Source: Chrysomallon squamiferum (Eukaryota; Animalia; Mollusca). From it: a DNA stretch of 64,000 nt. Below, piece after piece: positions 43,716-59,300 of this stretch. The position numbers and the translations under genes are program-made. The stretch lies in contig CM022677.1 of NCBI GenBank assembly GCA_012295275.1, positions 23,436,001 to 23,500,000 on the forward strand, in the 5' to 3' direction. The number at the start of each line of letters is the position of its first letter. Position 1 is the stretch's first letter. Under the pieces are notes generated by a model, which worked only from the letters and a program-made list of their open reading frames with translations, was not told the origin of the DNA and did not search any database.

Positions 43716-44363
43716 CTTTGAAGATAAATATTGCCAAATATAGTTGTTTCATTATAATTATTCTTGTCAGAGAGAACATTTTGAGATCAAATGTTATATT
43801 TTAATTTTATCTGTATTTGTTCAGATCTTTTAATAATAAAAATAGCATAAAAATATTTAAAGATATTAGAAAGGTGAAAATTCTGAATAAACTAAGTTTG
43901 TTTATTTCTGTTAGAATGTAATTTCTGATTTTTCTATTGTTTGCTAATTAATTTGTTTTATCGAAATTGCTTTAAACTTTTATCAGATATATATAAATAT
44001 ATATAATTTGACATATTAAATGTTATGTTCTTGATTTCAGTGTTTTATCAAATTATTCTATATCTGTTTTTAAAATCTTTGTTTTTACATATTTTGATTG
44101 TTAAATAATTTCTCCATTCATTAGGTGTTTACAATATATTTTCTCTGTGATGGCCAATGTGTCCTGATTGAAATAATAAAGTTTATTTTATAAAATGAAT
44201 CATTCTTATTATTAATTTGATCATTTAAGACAGAAAAACCTCTGATTGTAATGTCTTGCCCATATGCAACATTATTTTGCTGACAGAAAAGGGAAGTCAG
44301 ACATGTATATACATCAGATCTCAAAATGCTTTCTTAAGCAGAAAGATTTTTAATCTTGTTTCT

Positions 44364-44832
44364 TCAATGTTTCTCTATTTGTGTCACTGGATTGTCATAA
44401 GCTATAAAGTCTTTATCCATTTTCTTTTCGTAGAGTGGATGTTCCATATTTGTTTCTGGCCCTTCACGGTTCTGCATCCTGAAATGAATATGATAAAATA
44501 ATTAATTAGTTTTAAAATATATTGTACATTTTGCATAGAATTTAAAAATATATATATTGGAAATAACACTGAACAATTGCTTTGGGAGAGATAGTGCATG
44601 GCAAAGGGATTTAATCACATGACCAAAGCAATGAACATCATCACTGAGAATATCTAACTGATTTATGTTTTCCTGTGTAAGACGTGATGAAATATACCTT
44701 GCTGTTAATTGATTATATGTAGATGGCAAAGCTACTGAAATTACCATTTTAGTACGGCAAGGATAGAAATTACAGTCACAGCCACTGCACCAAATAAACC
44801 AGTAATGATATAGAGGTAAAGAGTTTGAAAAG
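44364..44832 (-). CDS. Orphan TM and cytoplasmic-tail exons of another type I membrane protein
   Basis: Exon 44832-44745 (ttcctcag|..|gtaatt, phase 1-2: FQTLYLYIITGLFGAVAVTVISILAVLK) splices in frame to exon 44478-44364 (atttcag|: (W)MQNREGPETNMEHPLYEKKMDKDFIAYDNPVTQIEKH*). Confidence 0.7.
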
Positions 44833-44894
44833 CTGAGGAAATACAAGTAAATGAAAATAACATGTGATCATATATTGAATGGTATATGTTTGTT

Positions 44895-44999
<105 letters not shown>

Positions 45000-45511
45000 T
45001 CCGCAAAATTACGCATTTTATAGGATTAGTTTTTCTTTGTTTAATGTTCTGTACTCATTTCTGCAGTTCGTGTAAATGTGGTCGGGATGTATATTTTAGA
45101 ATTAGGCTCAGCATAATACTTTGTTTACAACCGACTTTGTCTTACCAAGTCTTCATTTTATATCTGACGTACAAACAAAGCCATACTAAATTTGAATGCA
45201 CAGGAAGTAGTACAACAGCTGCCGACCAATCTGTGACGAAATGGTTTTGAACAGTAAACGCTATAATAGCCCATATCCTGACCCATTTCAAATACATTTA
45301 TTCAATACGCAATCTTGTAACAATATAGCAGGATTTACGATAAGAAATGATTATTTAATACCTAGTCTATCAACTCACATAAAACTTAAAAACTAAATTA
45401 TTTTCTTCTTTCTTAAGTATAAATATAATATAAATTTAACTCATTATATGGCAAATATCCCTAATAAAATGAATTGAAAAATAAAGAAATAAACATTTTA
45501 TGAATATTTGT

Positions 45512-45557
<46 letters not shown>

Positions 45558-46049
45558 AAAATTAATTAATTAATTAGAAAAAATAATAATAAAAATAAAT
45601 AAATAAATAAATAATAAAATAACATTCACCTTAATTTAGGAATAACATTTTCATTTCTGGAAACCCACATTAACATACTATTATTTAATGTGAAACAACT
45701 GAAAGACAACAAAAAGTGTTTTCTAGATAATATGCTGAGAATGATGAAAGTAATAGTAGTAGTAGTATTGAAGTTTGATATTTGGGAACGAAGAAGCTGT
45801 GTTATTAATTAAATTAAGTTTTTCATGGTTATTTAAAGGTCTTTTGAACAAGTAATCATATATATGTATTAATAAATAAAATATATAAACATTTAATTTT
45901 TTCCATATTTTCAAAGATACTTAATGTAATATGACTTGTAAGCATTTTACGTATACTGTAAAAGACCCACAGAGCAATAACATCAGAATGTAACCGTTGC
46001 TGGGTCTCGCCAGATTAGTCCTACTTTGGGGAAAAGCAATCATGCTATA

Positions 46050-46270
46050 ATGGGAGGCTATGACCATTGTTCAGTTATTAACTGTTCCATTTGAAGAAGT
46101 CCGGGAAATGCGTATCGGGGAAATGCGTTTGTAGGTAATCGCTTCACACAGAAATGAAAATGATTTTAATGTTACTGCAAACCCGAGGGTTTGCTCGGCA
46201 CATCTTTTAGGTGGGAAGCCAGTGAACGACAAGAAACATGTGGACTATATACCCACCCTTAATAGGGGAC
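46050..46270 (+). mobile_element. Second copy of the THAP-domain relic
   Basis: MGGYDHCSVINCSI* ... RVCSAHLLGGKPVNDKKHVDYIPTL. Confidence 0.65.
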
Positions 46271-48650
46271 GGGAAATTTTCACAACACGTATGGTAACAA
46301 AAAACAAATGAAATTAATGACATGGTTCAGATAACTACAGAGAACAATAAATTATGTTCTTAATTATTCAGTCTCCGCAACTAGTAGAGGTGTTTGTTGT
46401 CACAAATACTTAGTAGGTGTTGTACAAGTATATAGATGTATGTGTGAGTATATGAGTATAGGTACAATCTTCTGCATAACAATTATATGTTATCCAAAAT
46501 AAATGGTTTATTTATAGTTTGTTTCAGCATAAATTATGTAGGCTTGTGCGTGTTTGTGCTAATTATACCTAACAATATCTGTAATTAGACAAGTAGCTGG
46601 TTTTGACCTATATGAAAATAAGCTACTCACATTTCCTTCGTAAACACGTTACTGTAGTTTTGTTTGTTGAACATAGTATGTGGCCATGTTGTCAGTGTTC
46701 AGTCAGAGATGTATCTGCAACAAAGGTGTACATACTCTGGCAGTAAATGGTATCATTACAAAGACTTGCTGAACAAACAAGTTATTACCAATGTGTCTGC
46801 AACAAAGGTGTAAATACTCTGGCAGTAAATGGTATCATTACAAAGACTTGAGAACAAACAAGTTATTACCAATATTTGTGGTGCGTCTGTATAATATAAA
46901 ATGCAAAACATTTAATTTAAAAATTTTGTAATTAACGCATAGCTAAATATCAACACGTTAAGATTTATTTTTGAATTTTTTTATTTCTCTACTCATAATT
47001 TGGTCTATGTATTTTCATTATATTACTACTACTACTACTACTATGATTAAATATATTTACAAATAAGATATACCACTTCATTTCAGGAACGATGACACTG
47101 ACAGATATAACTACTCTTATAGTGCATCTATGTTAATCCATTTTATATCAACGTTAATAATAGTCCTTGTTTCAGTGTTGATCTTAACGGCTCAACCGAT
47201 TCATCTTCTCTGCTGCAGCTTCATCCTTACTAACACACACACATACACGAATATACACAAACACATACATACATACATACACACAATTAATAAAGAAACA
47301 GGTCAATATACCGTTTGACGTCATAGGTGAGATTTGCTGAAAATAATGCCCTAACAGCGGGAAACATAAAACTTTACTAAGATAATAATCTATAACTGAT
47401 GTAGAAAACTGAAATGAAGATGAAAACTTCAGACTATGGTTTTGGATCATTGGATAATCAGCGGTCTGCATGAAAGAACATGTACTGGACCCCCAACTAC
47501 AAATGGAGGAAAACACTGCACAGGGCCAGATAGGCACAGAAGTGCTTTATAAGAGAATATTTTAAATTCGTATAGTTTTTGTTTTGTATGTACACGTCAG
47601 TTACAAGGATAATTTTACTCTAATGTCTAGAAATGTATTTTAGAGTTGTTCAGAACAACAGATAATTTTCCGATTTTCAGAATGTAAGAACATTTGGAAA
47701 CTGCCAATGATAAAAAAACTGTAGATGCAGTTTAAATAAATAACGATAATGGACTGTTATAGAAGTAAAAGTCTAAAATATATATATTTTTCAAATTTTT
47801 TTTTTTCTGTTAAAAATAAAACAAAATTTAATTTCTTTTCTTGACATATTCTTGAAAAATTAAATATATTAATGTTTAACTGTTTTCTTGGGATTGTTAG
47901 AAATTAATGTAAAGTTGTATTGAGAAGGTATTTTCAAAACTGAGAAGTAACAGAGGGCATCAGTTAAACGTGCCTAACTAAACATAATGTCCGTTGTGCT
48001 GAATTTTTGGTCATGTAATAAAAGTTAATAAAAGAAAATTAAATGTAGTGGGTGAGAGCAGAACATAGCATATATATTCATATAGTTGTGTGTTAAAGTC
48101 ATAATATCCATGATGTCCATGGTGCTGAATTCATTAGCTCTAAAAGTATAAATATAAATGTAAATATAAATACCATTTAACAATATAAATTTAGAAGTGA
48201 CACACAATGATGTAAAAATGACTAAGATATAAAACTACTAACACGCATAGTATCAACATTTTGCCACCACTTTCTAGGTTATGACGGCACCTCATTATAA
48301 TGGCTTTTGGGTCAGGACTAAATATTGGTGAAACAACCAGTTTGTCATATATTTTATTTATGGCGACGACATAATTTTCCATAGCCAAACTAACAAAACC
48401 TGAGTTTCCAAAACTTTTAAGGTCCTGGAAAACGCTGTAACGAATTTCCAAAACGCGTACGAACCCCGTGAATGAATATCTGAGCAGAAGACAAAAGAGC
48501 ACGGTATAAAGTAAAAGGCAGCGGAAATCCGAAAAGGACACTTCTCATTCTCTAAATATATGTTAATAAAATTATGAGAGATTAAAAAAAAATGGAGTTA
48601 TCTGCCTTTTAACAATAGGAGGTAAAATGTGAATTACAAATAAACAACAT

Positions 48651-48700
<50 letters not shown>

Positions 48701-49120
48701 TTTTTAACCATATAAACCGTAATGATTAATAAATTATTCACCGATGTTTATTTTTGATGTTGCAGTGAATTAGTAAATCGAATTATTCTTCATCTTTAAA
48801 AACCGCATTTTACGCCTTATCTTTCTTCCAGTGACTGCAGACGACATCGGAAATCATCAAGTTTGTTTTGTAAAACTGAGCATAAAAATATTATAAAAAT
48901 ATAGTGAGGAAATTAACATTTAAACCTAGTCAGGCAAATGTGTGGACTGCTCGATTCATGAATTTATTAATTTGGTTTGTGCCGTGCTTGATCTAATATT
49001 CCAAACAAGAATCCAGCAAGATTTTTCCACGATTGTTCAGTTTTTAGATTATAATATTAAAGTGTTTTATTAAAAAAAAAAAAAAAAAAAAAATAGGGGA
49101 AAAAAAAAAACAACAACAAC

Positions 49121-49166
<46 letters not shown>

Positions 49167-49294
49167 ATAGCGAACCAAACAGAAAAAAAAAAAAAAAAAA
49201 AAAATTGAAATGAAGATCTGAACTAGAAAACAAAGATTACATAATATAAATAGTAATATTCCATCATTCCTTATATTGCAGAAAAAGAAACTAA

Positions 49295-49349
49295 ATGAGC
49301 TTTGTTATTATAATACAACTGCTTTTCAATGGATTCCTCACATCAAGAG
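49295..49349 (+). CDS. Gene D signal-peptide exon
   Basis: Identical to the gene C signal exon. Confidence 0.8.
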
Positions 49350-52300
49350 GTAATGTATGATCTTTTTTGTATCATTACTATTCATATTTTTAATCACGCA
49401 CACATACAGACATACACACAAACACATATAGATATATGTGTACATTTATAAGTTTTGATCTATACGTTATACAATTTACCGATGAAATGTAATATTTAGA
49501 AACTAAAGTGAAATCTTTTCTTTAGCTTAATACTTTTTTATAATAAGTGACTGTTCATTAGCTGAAGGTTTGTGGACTGAATGGGTGTCAGAATCAGAAA
49601 CGTGTAGTACTCCATGTGGTAGTGGTATTCTTAGCACTATCTACAGAAGGGGATGCTCTAGTCCTGGGTCAGAAGACTGTCAAGGAAATGACACAAAAAC
49701 AGTAACCTCTGCATGTGTTTACAGAAACTGTGCAGGTAATTAAATTTGTTCTTATGGTTGCTTCTTCCTCTTTATTTTGTTATTTATTTTTTATTTAGAA
49801 AAACAGAGAGAAAAGAGAGAGAGAGAGAAAAAAAGCATGTGCTTGAATATAGGTATATTTGTATATATATACATACACAAATGTATAAGCCAGTTATTTG
49901 GATATTTGTACAATACAATATGTGTGTGTGTATTTTATACTGACACATTATATGATTGTACATTGCAGTTCCTGGAAGATGGGGTGTGTGGTTTAACTTA
50001 AGACACACCTTATGTGCTTCAACTTGTGTCACAGCCCGCTTTAATATGAGACAGTGTAATCCTCCACCTCACAATGGTGGAAGATATTGCACTGGATATG
50101 AACGGTATATTGAGTTTAGAAATTGCTCAGATGATTATTGTGATCCAGGTAATAATGTTTTTGATAAAGAGATTATTTCTAAAATACTTTTAGACAGATA
50201 ACTTTGAAATGAACAATAACAACAACAACTCAATAGTATAGCTGCATTAATATAGCAATAATAAAATAAATACAGCTTATGACTTTACTTGAATATTAAT
50301 ATTAATTCTGCCTATTTATTACTGCCATATTTTATTTTTTTCATTTTCAGCTACCCCCACGAGAATGGAATATGGTGAGTAACTTGATCTTCTTAAATGT
50401 ATATGTCACAATAATAAATAATGCATTTCTAATGTTTATTCAAATTTAATGAGTTAATCTTTTAAAAACAATTAGCACTGTAAACCTGAGTTAAATATAT
50501 CTGAAAATTAATATTCATTAGCTACAATTAATTTCTAGGATCATGGTCAAACTGGACAATAACGAATAACAAAACATGTCAAGCTAACTGTAGCAGATTT
50601 CTGGTGTATCGTCGTGAATGTAGACCCAATATCGATAAATGTCCTGGTTTCTATCGGAAGTTTAGAATAGAAAGCTGCACAGGTGGACTGTGTAATATAG
50701 GTATGTTGATACTGTACTTTTTTTTATAGTATCACTGTTGGCATCAGAGAATATTTGTTCTCTGTTGAATATTTGGGAATATTTGATCCCCTGACAACTA
50801 TTTGTTACCGCCCTTCTATGATTATTTTCAGGTGTAGTTTCTGTATTCTGTCTGTGGTAGTTACTGTATACAGTTTGTGTCTATTGAAAATAAACCCCAC
50901 TGCAAACAGAAATTTAAAACTAGGTAGGTGGAGAAGTAATTGGGGAATACATTTGTCTGGATACATCATCTTTACTCTAGCCTTGCATGCCCTCTCTTTA
51001 GGATCTGAGTCACTTGTCTGAACCTGAAGTAAGTCCACTGATATACACCATTGATTATGATGAGAAGGATTAAATACTGAAGCAGTCAAGCTTATAATGC
51101 TGTTAAATATTCTCACCTTCTGAAACAATAGGATAAACAATGCTTGATACAGTTGTAAAGAGTGTATGATAAAAGGATATACTAGCAGTGTTAAACTGGT
51201 AGAAAAAGACTTAATCAATACACACAGCACTGTTTCGCAATCTGCATATTTCAAAGCATACCTGTGGTAATCTTCAATTTCTTAGAAATTGTGCTATAAA
51301 TTTGATAGTTGTGTACCAGTCTACCTGAAGTAACCAGATGGATAACAAAATAAAGACCAAGTAATGATGACAACACATCCACTAAGTGACCATGACAGGT
51401 AGGAAAGAATCCCAAGCCTCATCTGAACAAGTCCTCCAAAGGCGAGGACTCTCCCTGAGAAAAGGAAGATAGGCAGGTCAAGATTCATTTCAGCCTCCAA
51501 CAGCACCAAAATGAATACAAATTTGCAAACTCCTTGGACTTTCATCATGTTAAGTGTCTACTTCAATACAGCTGGACATGACCTTTGAGAACCAAAGTGG
51601 TACACTACACAAAAGTGAACAACTTCATTAAGTTCATAAAACACAAAGATTTAGAGGACATGAGATCAAAGTACTTTTAAATCAGAAGGAAATGCTAAGT
51701 CTATTGCATAAGTTACCTGATAGTCATAATTCCACTGTGTGGTAAACAAAAAATCTCGTTGAAAACTGTCATTATGATTTTTACTGAACAGCATCTGAAA
51801 GCCAGTTTTCTGTGTAACTTTAAAGTTCTGGCATGCTTGTTATGAAGCCATTGATAAATATATATATATATATATATATATAACATATATTGTTCTACTG
51901 AAAGGGCATTCACATCTATTTACTGTTTAACATTAGGAACATCAACAGTTATTCAGGCCTGGACAATCTGTCCTTGCCTGTCTGGAGATTATGGCTTTAT
52001 TTTTCTAATTCTTATTTCCAATTATGAAAATATTTTGTTATCCATGCAAGTCTATAAATCAAATGGTCAGTCGCCAGATCGCCAAATATTATAAGTTATA
52101 ACACAAATGCCTTTGTCAATAATTCTATACTAAACATTTATTTCATGTAAAAGGTTTTACTCATAGTTTGATGAATTGGCCGTATCGGCTAACCTTAGTT
52201 TTATAAAGACTAATTTTTTAGACTGGATATGCATGTAGATTGTTAGCTGTTGTTTTGATAATCAAAACCACGAGTCTCGCTGACCCAGTATCGTAAAACT

Positions 52301-55300
52301 TATCGTGACCATTCAGATCATCTCGGCCGAATAGGCGGACAAATCCGAACCTTCCCAAATGCTGTCTGAACTTCAGTCATCTGCTTCGAGGTGTTCTGAT
52401 TTCTGTTATTTGTTTTCCTCTTTGAATTGATTTGTTTGATTGGTAGGTTAATTTGGTGACTGTTGAAAAGACTAATGAAATTAATTTTTACCATTTTGGG
52501 AATGACTGCAGACCATTTGAGTACCTGCCAGAGCATTCAACAAAAAAGAATTTCAATTTCACATATGTTGGTATGTTTTTACAAGTGACTCTTCGAAGCA
52601 TATTTTTAAATCTTACTTCAATAGTTAATGATCAAGTACACATTTCCTTTAACTCAAAAGACGAAATATGAATATTTTTTGTTTGTGCTACCTATAACAA
52701 ATTTGGGCCATAGAATTTATTACGAAATGAATATTTAGTGGCCCGAATTTGTTTTTACAGACACTATACATTTGAGACGAGTTTCAGACCCTGTATAAAA
52801 ATTTCACCTCTGGGGGAATCAGTATTCAGGGGAACATATTTTGGGAAACAAACATCCTTTAACCTGGCTTAAGGCAGGGCTTAATGTCTGCAGCCCATGT
52901 GTCAGGAAAGAAAAATTTAGAAAATAAAATGATGACAATGTGAGCATGTTTGTGTGTGTGTGTGTTGTGTAATTTGTTTATTTGAGGACGAACAAATAAA
53001 ACCTGACAATAACCTTTGTAATTTTGAACATGACATTTTATTAATTGTTTAGTATTCATCATTCTTTATAACTTAATAGTTGTTATATGTTTCAGTAGTT
53101 ACAGATACAGAAGTGACTGTAGTTATAATTTAATTAAGATATTATGATGTTGTTTGAAGATACCAAAAATAAAAAAATGATCATGTAATTAACTGCTGTG
53201 TTACTTTTTATCAAGCTGATGGCGGTTGGAGTTCCTGGACCAGGGATGAAAAAACATGTTCAGTGACATGTGGGCCTAGTACACGTGTTGTTGTAAAAAC
53301 TAGGGAGTGTAATAACCCAACACCCTCAAATGGAAGAGATTGTGAAGGCAGTAGAATAAATTTTGCTACAGAGTCATGTGAGACTGTTGCATGTCCTAGT
53401 AAGAAAGTAAATTTAATAAATTTTCGTTGTGTCTGCACTGAATACTTTTTTTAACAGTACTTATTGTTATGTTTTATTTCAGTAATTATACACATGCATT
53501 CTACTCACTGACTCTATCTCTAGATTGCATATTCACTTAAAAAAGTAATTTTAACTTATGAAAGTCAGCATTTGTGAAGTAAGGATTTCTTAGCATGAGA
53601 AAATGTATGGCTCTACTTAGATTACTGCAGAGATAATGAAAATGATTTTTTTGATTAATTATTATCCAACATTAAATTAAGTTGATGGAGGTTGGAGTTC
53701 TTGGATACAAATTGAGGGTCAATGTTCAGTGACTTGTGGACTTGGTAATAAAAACATGGAAAGGGTCAAGAAATGTAATAACCCAGCACCACAAAATGGA
53801 GGAAAACCTTGTCCACCAACAAGAGGAACCTATGTTGGATGGAATATCCAATGCAGGGAAGGGCCATGTCCAAGTAAGAAATAAACACATTTGTAAACAT
53901 TTGTGATGTTGTTGTCTCTGCTTTGGTGATGAATATAGTGCTGTATCTAAATTACTGTTTTAAATTATCTATATTGATCGGACATAGATACAAAACAAAG
54001 TTTGATATATATATATATCAATGATTTTACAAAAAGTCATAGGGTTAGATTTTGCACCGTTTAACAGTAGTAAATAAATAATTGTTGAAAAAAGGCGCAA
54101 ACTCACTATATGTAAATTTAAAAATACTAAAACAAAAGAGTTTAATTCCATTTTTAAGTTGATGGTGGATGGACATCTTGGGAAGTAGGTCACAGTGTAT
54201 GTAGTGTTACCTGTGGAAATGGTATTCAGCAAACTGTGTATGAAAGACAATGTACAAATCCTGAACCACAACATGGAGGAAATGATTGTCCTGGAGAATC
54301 TACAAAAGCTACTAATGTATCTTCCAGCTGCTGGAAAGGACACTGTCCAGGTAATAAACAAATATTTCTTTAATAAAATCAAGTAATATTTTATTGCAAT
54401 TTATTTTCATTAAACTTATCCTACTTTCTATGGATTATTTAATTAACATTTGAACATTCCATGAAGAATTATGAAATAAAAGTGAACAAAATAAATTGAA
54501 AGGAAAAACATTTATAACGTTTAGTATGCATTTAACTATTTGTGATTTTCCATAGAATCCAAAAATCTACGAGCGTTTGTGTTTATTTGCATATATCATT
54601 AGGAAATAATTAAGAAATAAATAATTACAGTTATTTCTGCAGAACTGTTAAGGTCTCTAACATTAAGTAGAAAAAAGATTTGAACGATATTTGACCATCT
54701 AAATATAAAAATATATGTTAGTTATTTATAACAGCTAGAATGTAAGTTATGGATCACCATTCTGCATAAACCCGTCAGTCATATTTATATACAAAGAAAA
54801 TCAGTGAAATATGGCTGATGTAATATTAAAATTATATTATAGATACATTAAACTCTCAAACAGACCATAAAATAGAGGATTGCTTACCCAGGTAGCATTT
54901 GTTTGATTGGTTGGTTAATTTGGTGCCTATTGGAAAGACTAACGAAATTAATTTTTACCATTTTGTGGAGCCCTTGAGTACCTGTCAGAGTATTCAACAA
55001 AGAAGAATTTCAATTTCACAAACAGTAGTAAAGCGTTCTTAAATAAGAAAAATGTATTTATAAATTATAAATATTGTATAAAAATAAAATAAAAGAGAAT
55101 GTAAAGAAATAAATAGGTTTTTTAAAGTGTATTTATCGTGGAGATCAGACAAATTATTTTAAGCCTTTGGCTGGAATTACAGCCTTTTTCAACTCCTTCA
55201 ACTTCAGTAAGATACATATCGTAGAAGTACTATGCTTGTATTGCCTAGCCAAGATCAGACAAATTCTTTTAACACCTGTGGCTGGAGTTACAGCCTTTTT

Positions 55301-55896
55301 CAACTCCTTCAACTTCAGTATGATACATATCATAGAAGTACTATGCTTGTACTGCCTAGCCAAGTTAACTACATGCACACCTCACTGATGTTTTTTTTTA
55401 TGAAATCAAGTTTTAATTCAATGGACATCTTCCACTTCTTCTGCTCAATATTGGCCTTTCTTATGATCCACGGTCAGAAAAAAGGAAATTTGGCAAAATA
55501 CTGCACAAAATGCAAGCACAACATAATAGAGATGGTCACCATGTGAAGTAAATGAGTGAGACAGATGATGCTGGATGGATGTTATGTTGTTTGTTGCACC
55601 AACTAGTGGCAGTGTATCTGAAGCTTGCTCGTAACTTGGATTTTGGATTGCAACTCAAAGCAAAAAAATCGACCAGGTGACTACTCGTAACTCAAAAAAG
55701 TCGTAAGTTGGGGCACTCATAAGTAGAAGTACCAGTGTATGTTGGTATATTTTTAGAAGTGACTCTTTGAAGCATATTTTTATCCCATGTTAAATCAAAA
55801 TACAGTTAATGATGATTGTACTCTGTGGCCAGGCTAAACTTAGAATTTATGCAGTTATGTGAGAATGTTTCCAAAAATAACACAACCCAAAAGCCA

Positions 55897-55940
<44 letters not shown>

Positions 55941-56304
55941 TAATAATAATAATAAAAAATAATAATAAGAAGAAGAACTAAACAAACATAAGAAAATAAA
56001 ATTGAATAAAAGTTTAACAAGATTTGTTCATTTAAGCTGCTGTGAAATAAAGTCATTACTTTTTAGGTTCTCACCACATATAAATATATCCTGATATACT
56101 TATTTAAGTAAACCATTTAAGGGACTCTTTTGCACCAATAGGAGCAGTGTTGAAAGGAACATCCCCTGCAGGGAAGGTCCATGTCCTAGTAAGAAATAAA
56201 CACATTTGTAAACATTTGTGATGTTGTTGTCTCTGCTTTGGTGATGAGTATAGTGCTGTATCTAAATTACTGTTTGTGTCTCTTGTGCATGTCTGCTGCA
56301 TGTT

Positions 56305-56362
<58 letters not shown>

Positions 56363-59300
56363 ATATCTTTTTCAGCAATATGGACTTCATGGCAGACTGG
56401 ATTCAATGGTGAATGTGTACATGCATGTCAAAGGGATGTCTATGACATCAGGAACTGTAGTGGGGAAAACCAGTATTGTTATGGGTTTTTTGTTAAATCT
56501 CATGTGGGACAGTGCAAAGAAGATGCATGTGAGATGGGTAAGTTAAATAATAATAAATAAATAAATAAATAAATAAATAAGTAAATAAATAAGTAAATAA
56601 ATACATAAATAAATAAATAAAATATAATAAAGTAATAATTAAAAGAAAAAAGAAAAAAATAATGCTAAACACAATGATGCACAGCAGATCAGATACTAAA
56701 GACACATCTAGTTGTATGTAAGTAGCCATGGATAATTCTGAGCAAACTTGAGTAATTTGTAGCTGCAGTTCTGAGAGTTAATGAATTTACATTACCAGTT
56801 ATGTAAACAAGCAAGAAGTATTAATATTGTTATTTGGGTTAGTTAATTAATAACAGCCATTTTGAATACATTGTAAGTTGAAATAAAGGAAGACTAAAAT
56901 ATATTGTTATTAGTGTTTATACCTTTATTGGTATTAAAACATAAGTTTGGATCCTTTTTTTGTCACTCTTCTTCTTGTAATTTTTTTAATTGCCACATTT
57001 ACATTATATTAATTAATTTTGAAGTTCATGGTGGATGGGGTTACTGGGAAATTATAAGTTCAAATCACTGTTCTGTCACTTGTGGATATGGATATAGATA
57101 TGTTGATATTAGAAGACAATGCAATGATCCTGCACCTGTAGGACAAGGATTGAAATGTCAAGGAATAAAGACTCGAGGATATAGACGAGCTTGTTTCGTG
57201 AATGTTTCATGTGGTAATATTATTATTATTTATAAAATTTCAGATTATTTTTATCTAGAATTTTTAAGAAACAGATGAAGAAGAAAGAAAAAAGTAAAAG
57301 AAAGAATAGGAAGTAAAAATAAGGTTCATTTTATATAGTAATATTTCATTATAATTGAAAACATATAATCTTAAAAATCTGTTTCACATGAGAAAAACAA
57401 AAACAAAAAGTGACAACTAAAGTATCATACACCTAGTGTAAGAAACACTGTAATTTTAAACTGTAGACAAAATCAAATATTTAAAAAAAAAATTGTTCTA
57501 CAGAAATCTAGTTCTCCATTTATTGAAATTCATTTAGATCTGCTTTTCCTCTTATCACATTTCTGAAACAGCAGCTGTTTTCTTTATACCTTGTATCTGT
57601 TTATATGAAAATGAAAAACATTAATTAGTTTTTTTTAATGTATCTAACATCATTGTGTTAGTAATTTAAGTGGCATGAATTATTACAAGTTGAAATAAAA
57701 CAAGCTCTTGAAAATGTATAAAATATTTTTTTGTATAGTAATACAGTTAAAGCTGTGTATGAAGAAGAAAATAAATATGAACATGAAAACTTTACCTTCA
57801 GAGCATGGCAATGGGTCACTGGACGGTCGGTGGTCTCCATGGAAACAAACTGACTTAATACCATGTGGTGCGACTTGTGGAACTGGAACTCATGCAGTTC
57901 CTTATGCAAGAACATGTACTAGACCTGCACCTATAAATGGTGGAAGGAATTGTCAAGGGATAAGTAACAAAACTGTCATGCAGAAATGCTTCCAAAGAGA
58001 GTGTATTGGTCAGTACTGCAATTTTTGTGTATATGTTTGTCTGGTTTGACATTTTGAATGTTAATTTAGTAAATATTTTTGATCCTATGTTGGTAGGTAA
58101 AAGTCTTAATGCTGATTTTAATGATCATATTTTATAAAGTATCTGACTCAACAAACGAACTTACGTATGTATCTGTGTCTTGTGATAAAACTGTTAATAA
58201 AACAGTAAGACAATAATATATTGCTAGCTCTCAATTTCACGAACACAGCCATTTTACCACTTCAGAGCAGCAACTGTAACAGCATCATCTGGATTGTGAA
58301 TTAATTTTCTATGTACCATCCTTCTATCCATCTGGAGCAAACTGTAAACTGTGGCTGAAAAAGCAGATATTCAAAATACTACAGAAGTTGGATTTCTTGA
58401 ATTTATGTTTGCAATTTGATCCATTCCTCAGAAATCAAAAAATAATTTTTCATATTTAAATAATTTAGGGTATGTGTGGTGCATAATCTATACCTACAAA
58501 TATCATTTGATGAATGATTCATTAGGATCTCTCTGAAGTGCTTTGTTCCATTAAAACTGAGTTATAATTTTATGAATGATTGTTTGTTTACTGTTTATTT
58601 GGTGGCATATAACCATTTAAATTGAATAGAAGTTATAATTTATGCTGAATCACTGCCTTCACTTTCCTTTTTATAAATCTCTGGAAATGGTCATAGCAAA
58701 CAATCCAGCTCATTTCTGATTTGAAATTTGTCCATTCAGTATGTGGTGCCAACACATGTAATTTCTTTTCAAATTTAGGATATCATGTCACAATGGCAAT
58801 GCCTAAATTGCTTTTTATCAGCATCTGAACTTATTTAGAAATGAGGAAAAAATCAAGATAATTATATTAATATTAATTTTAATTTACATTAAATTACATT
58901 AAATAACTTAAATAAATTTTAATCTCAGATTACACTGCATAACTATTATATCAAAACAAGTAGAAAAGTATGTCATCAAAAGCTGCTGCTAAGCAATTAT
59001 CACTGCAAGACCAAAGTTTCAGTGATTCTCTTCCATAACCTCTAGGTAACAGAACAGGAATCTTGGGTTATGCAAGTATCTGCTTGTAGTATTTATGAAA
59101 ACATGTTTATCTTTGGATCTTTTTCCAAGCTTTCCTTTGTTTCCCAAATATAATTATCTTCCCATGAATGTCAGAGAAAACTGCACCATCAGAAAGCCAA
59201 GCCATCTTTGGCAGGTGACAATGTGTAAATTTATATTTCTATTTCATGTGAAATTTGCCCTAAATTTGACTGCTAATTTAGTTATCTGAAATATTTAAAG

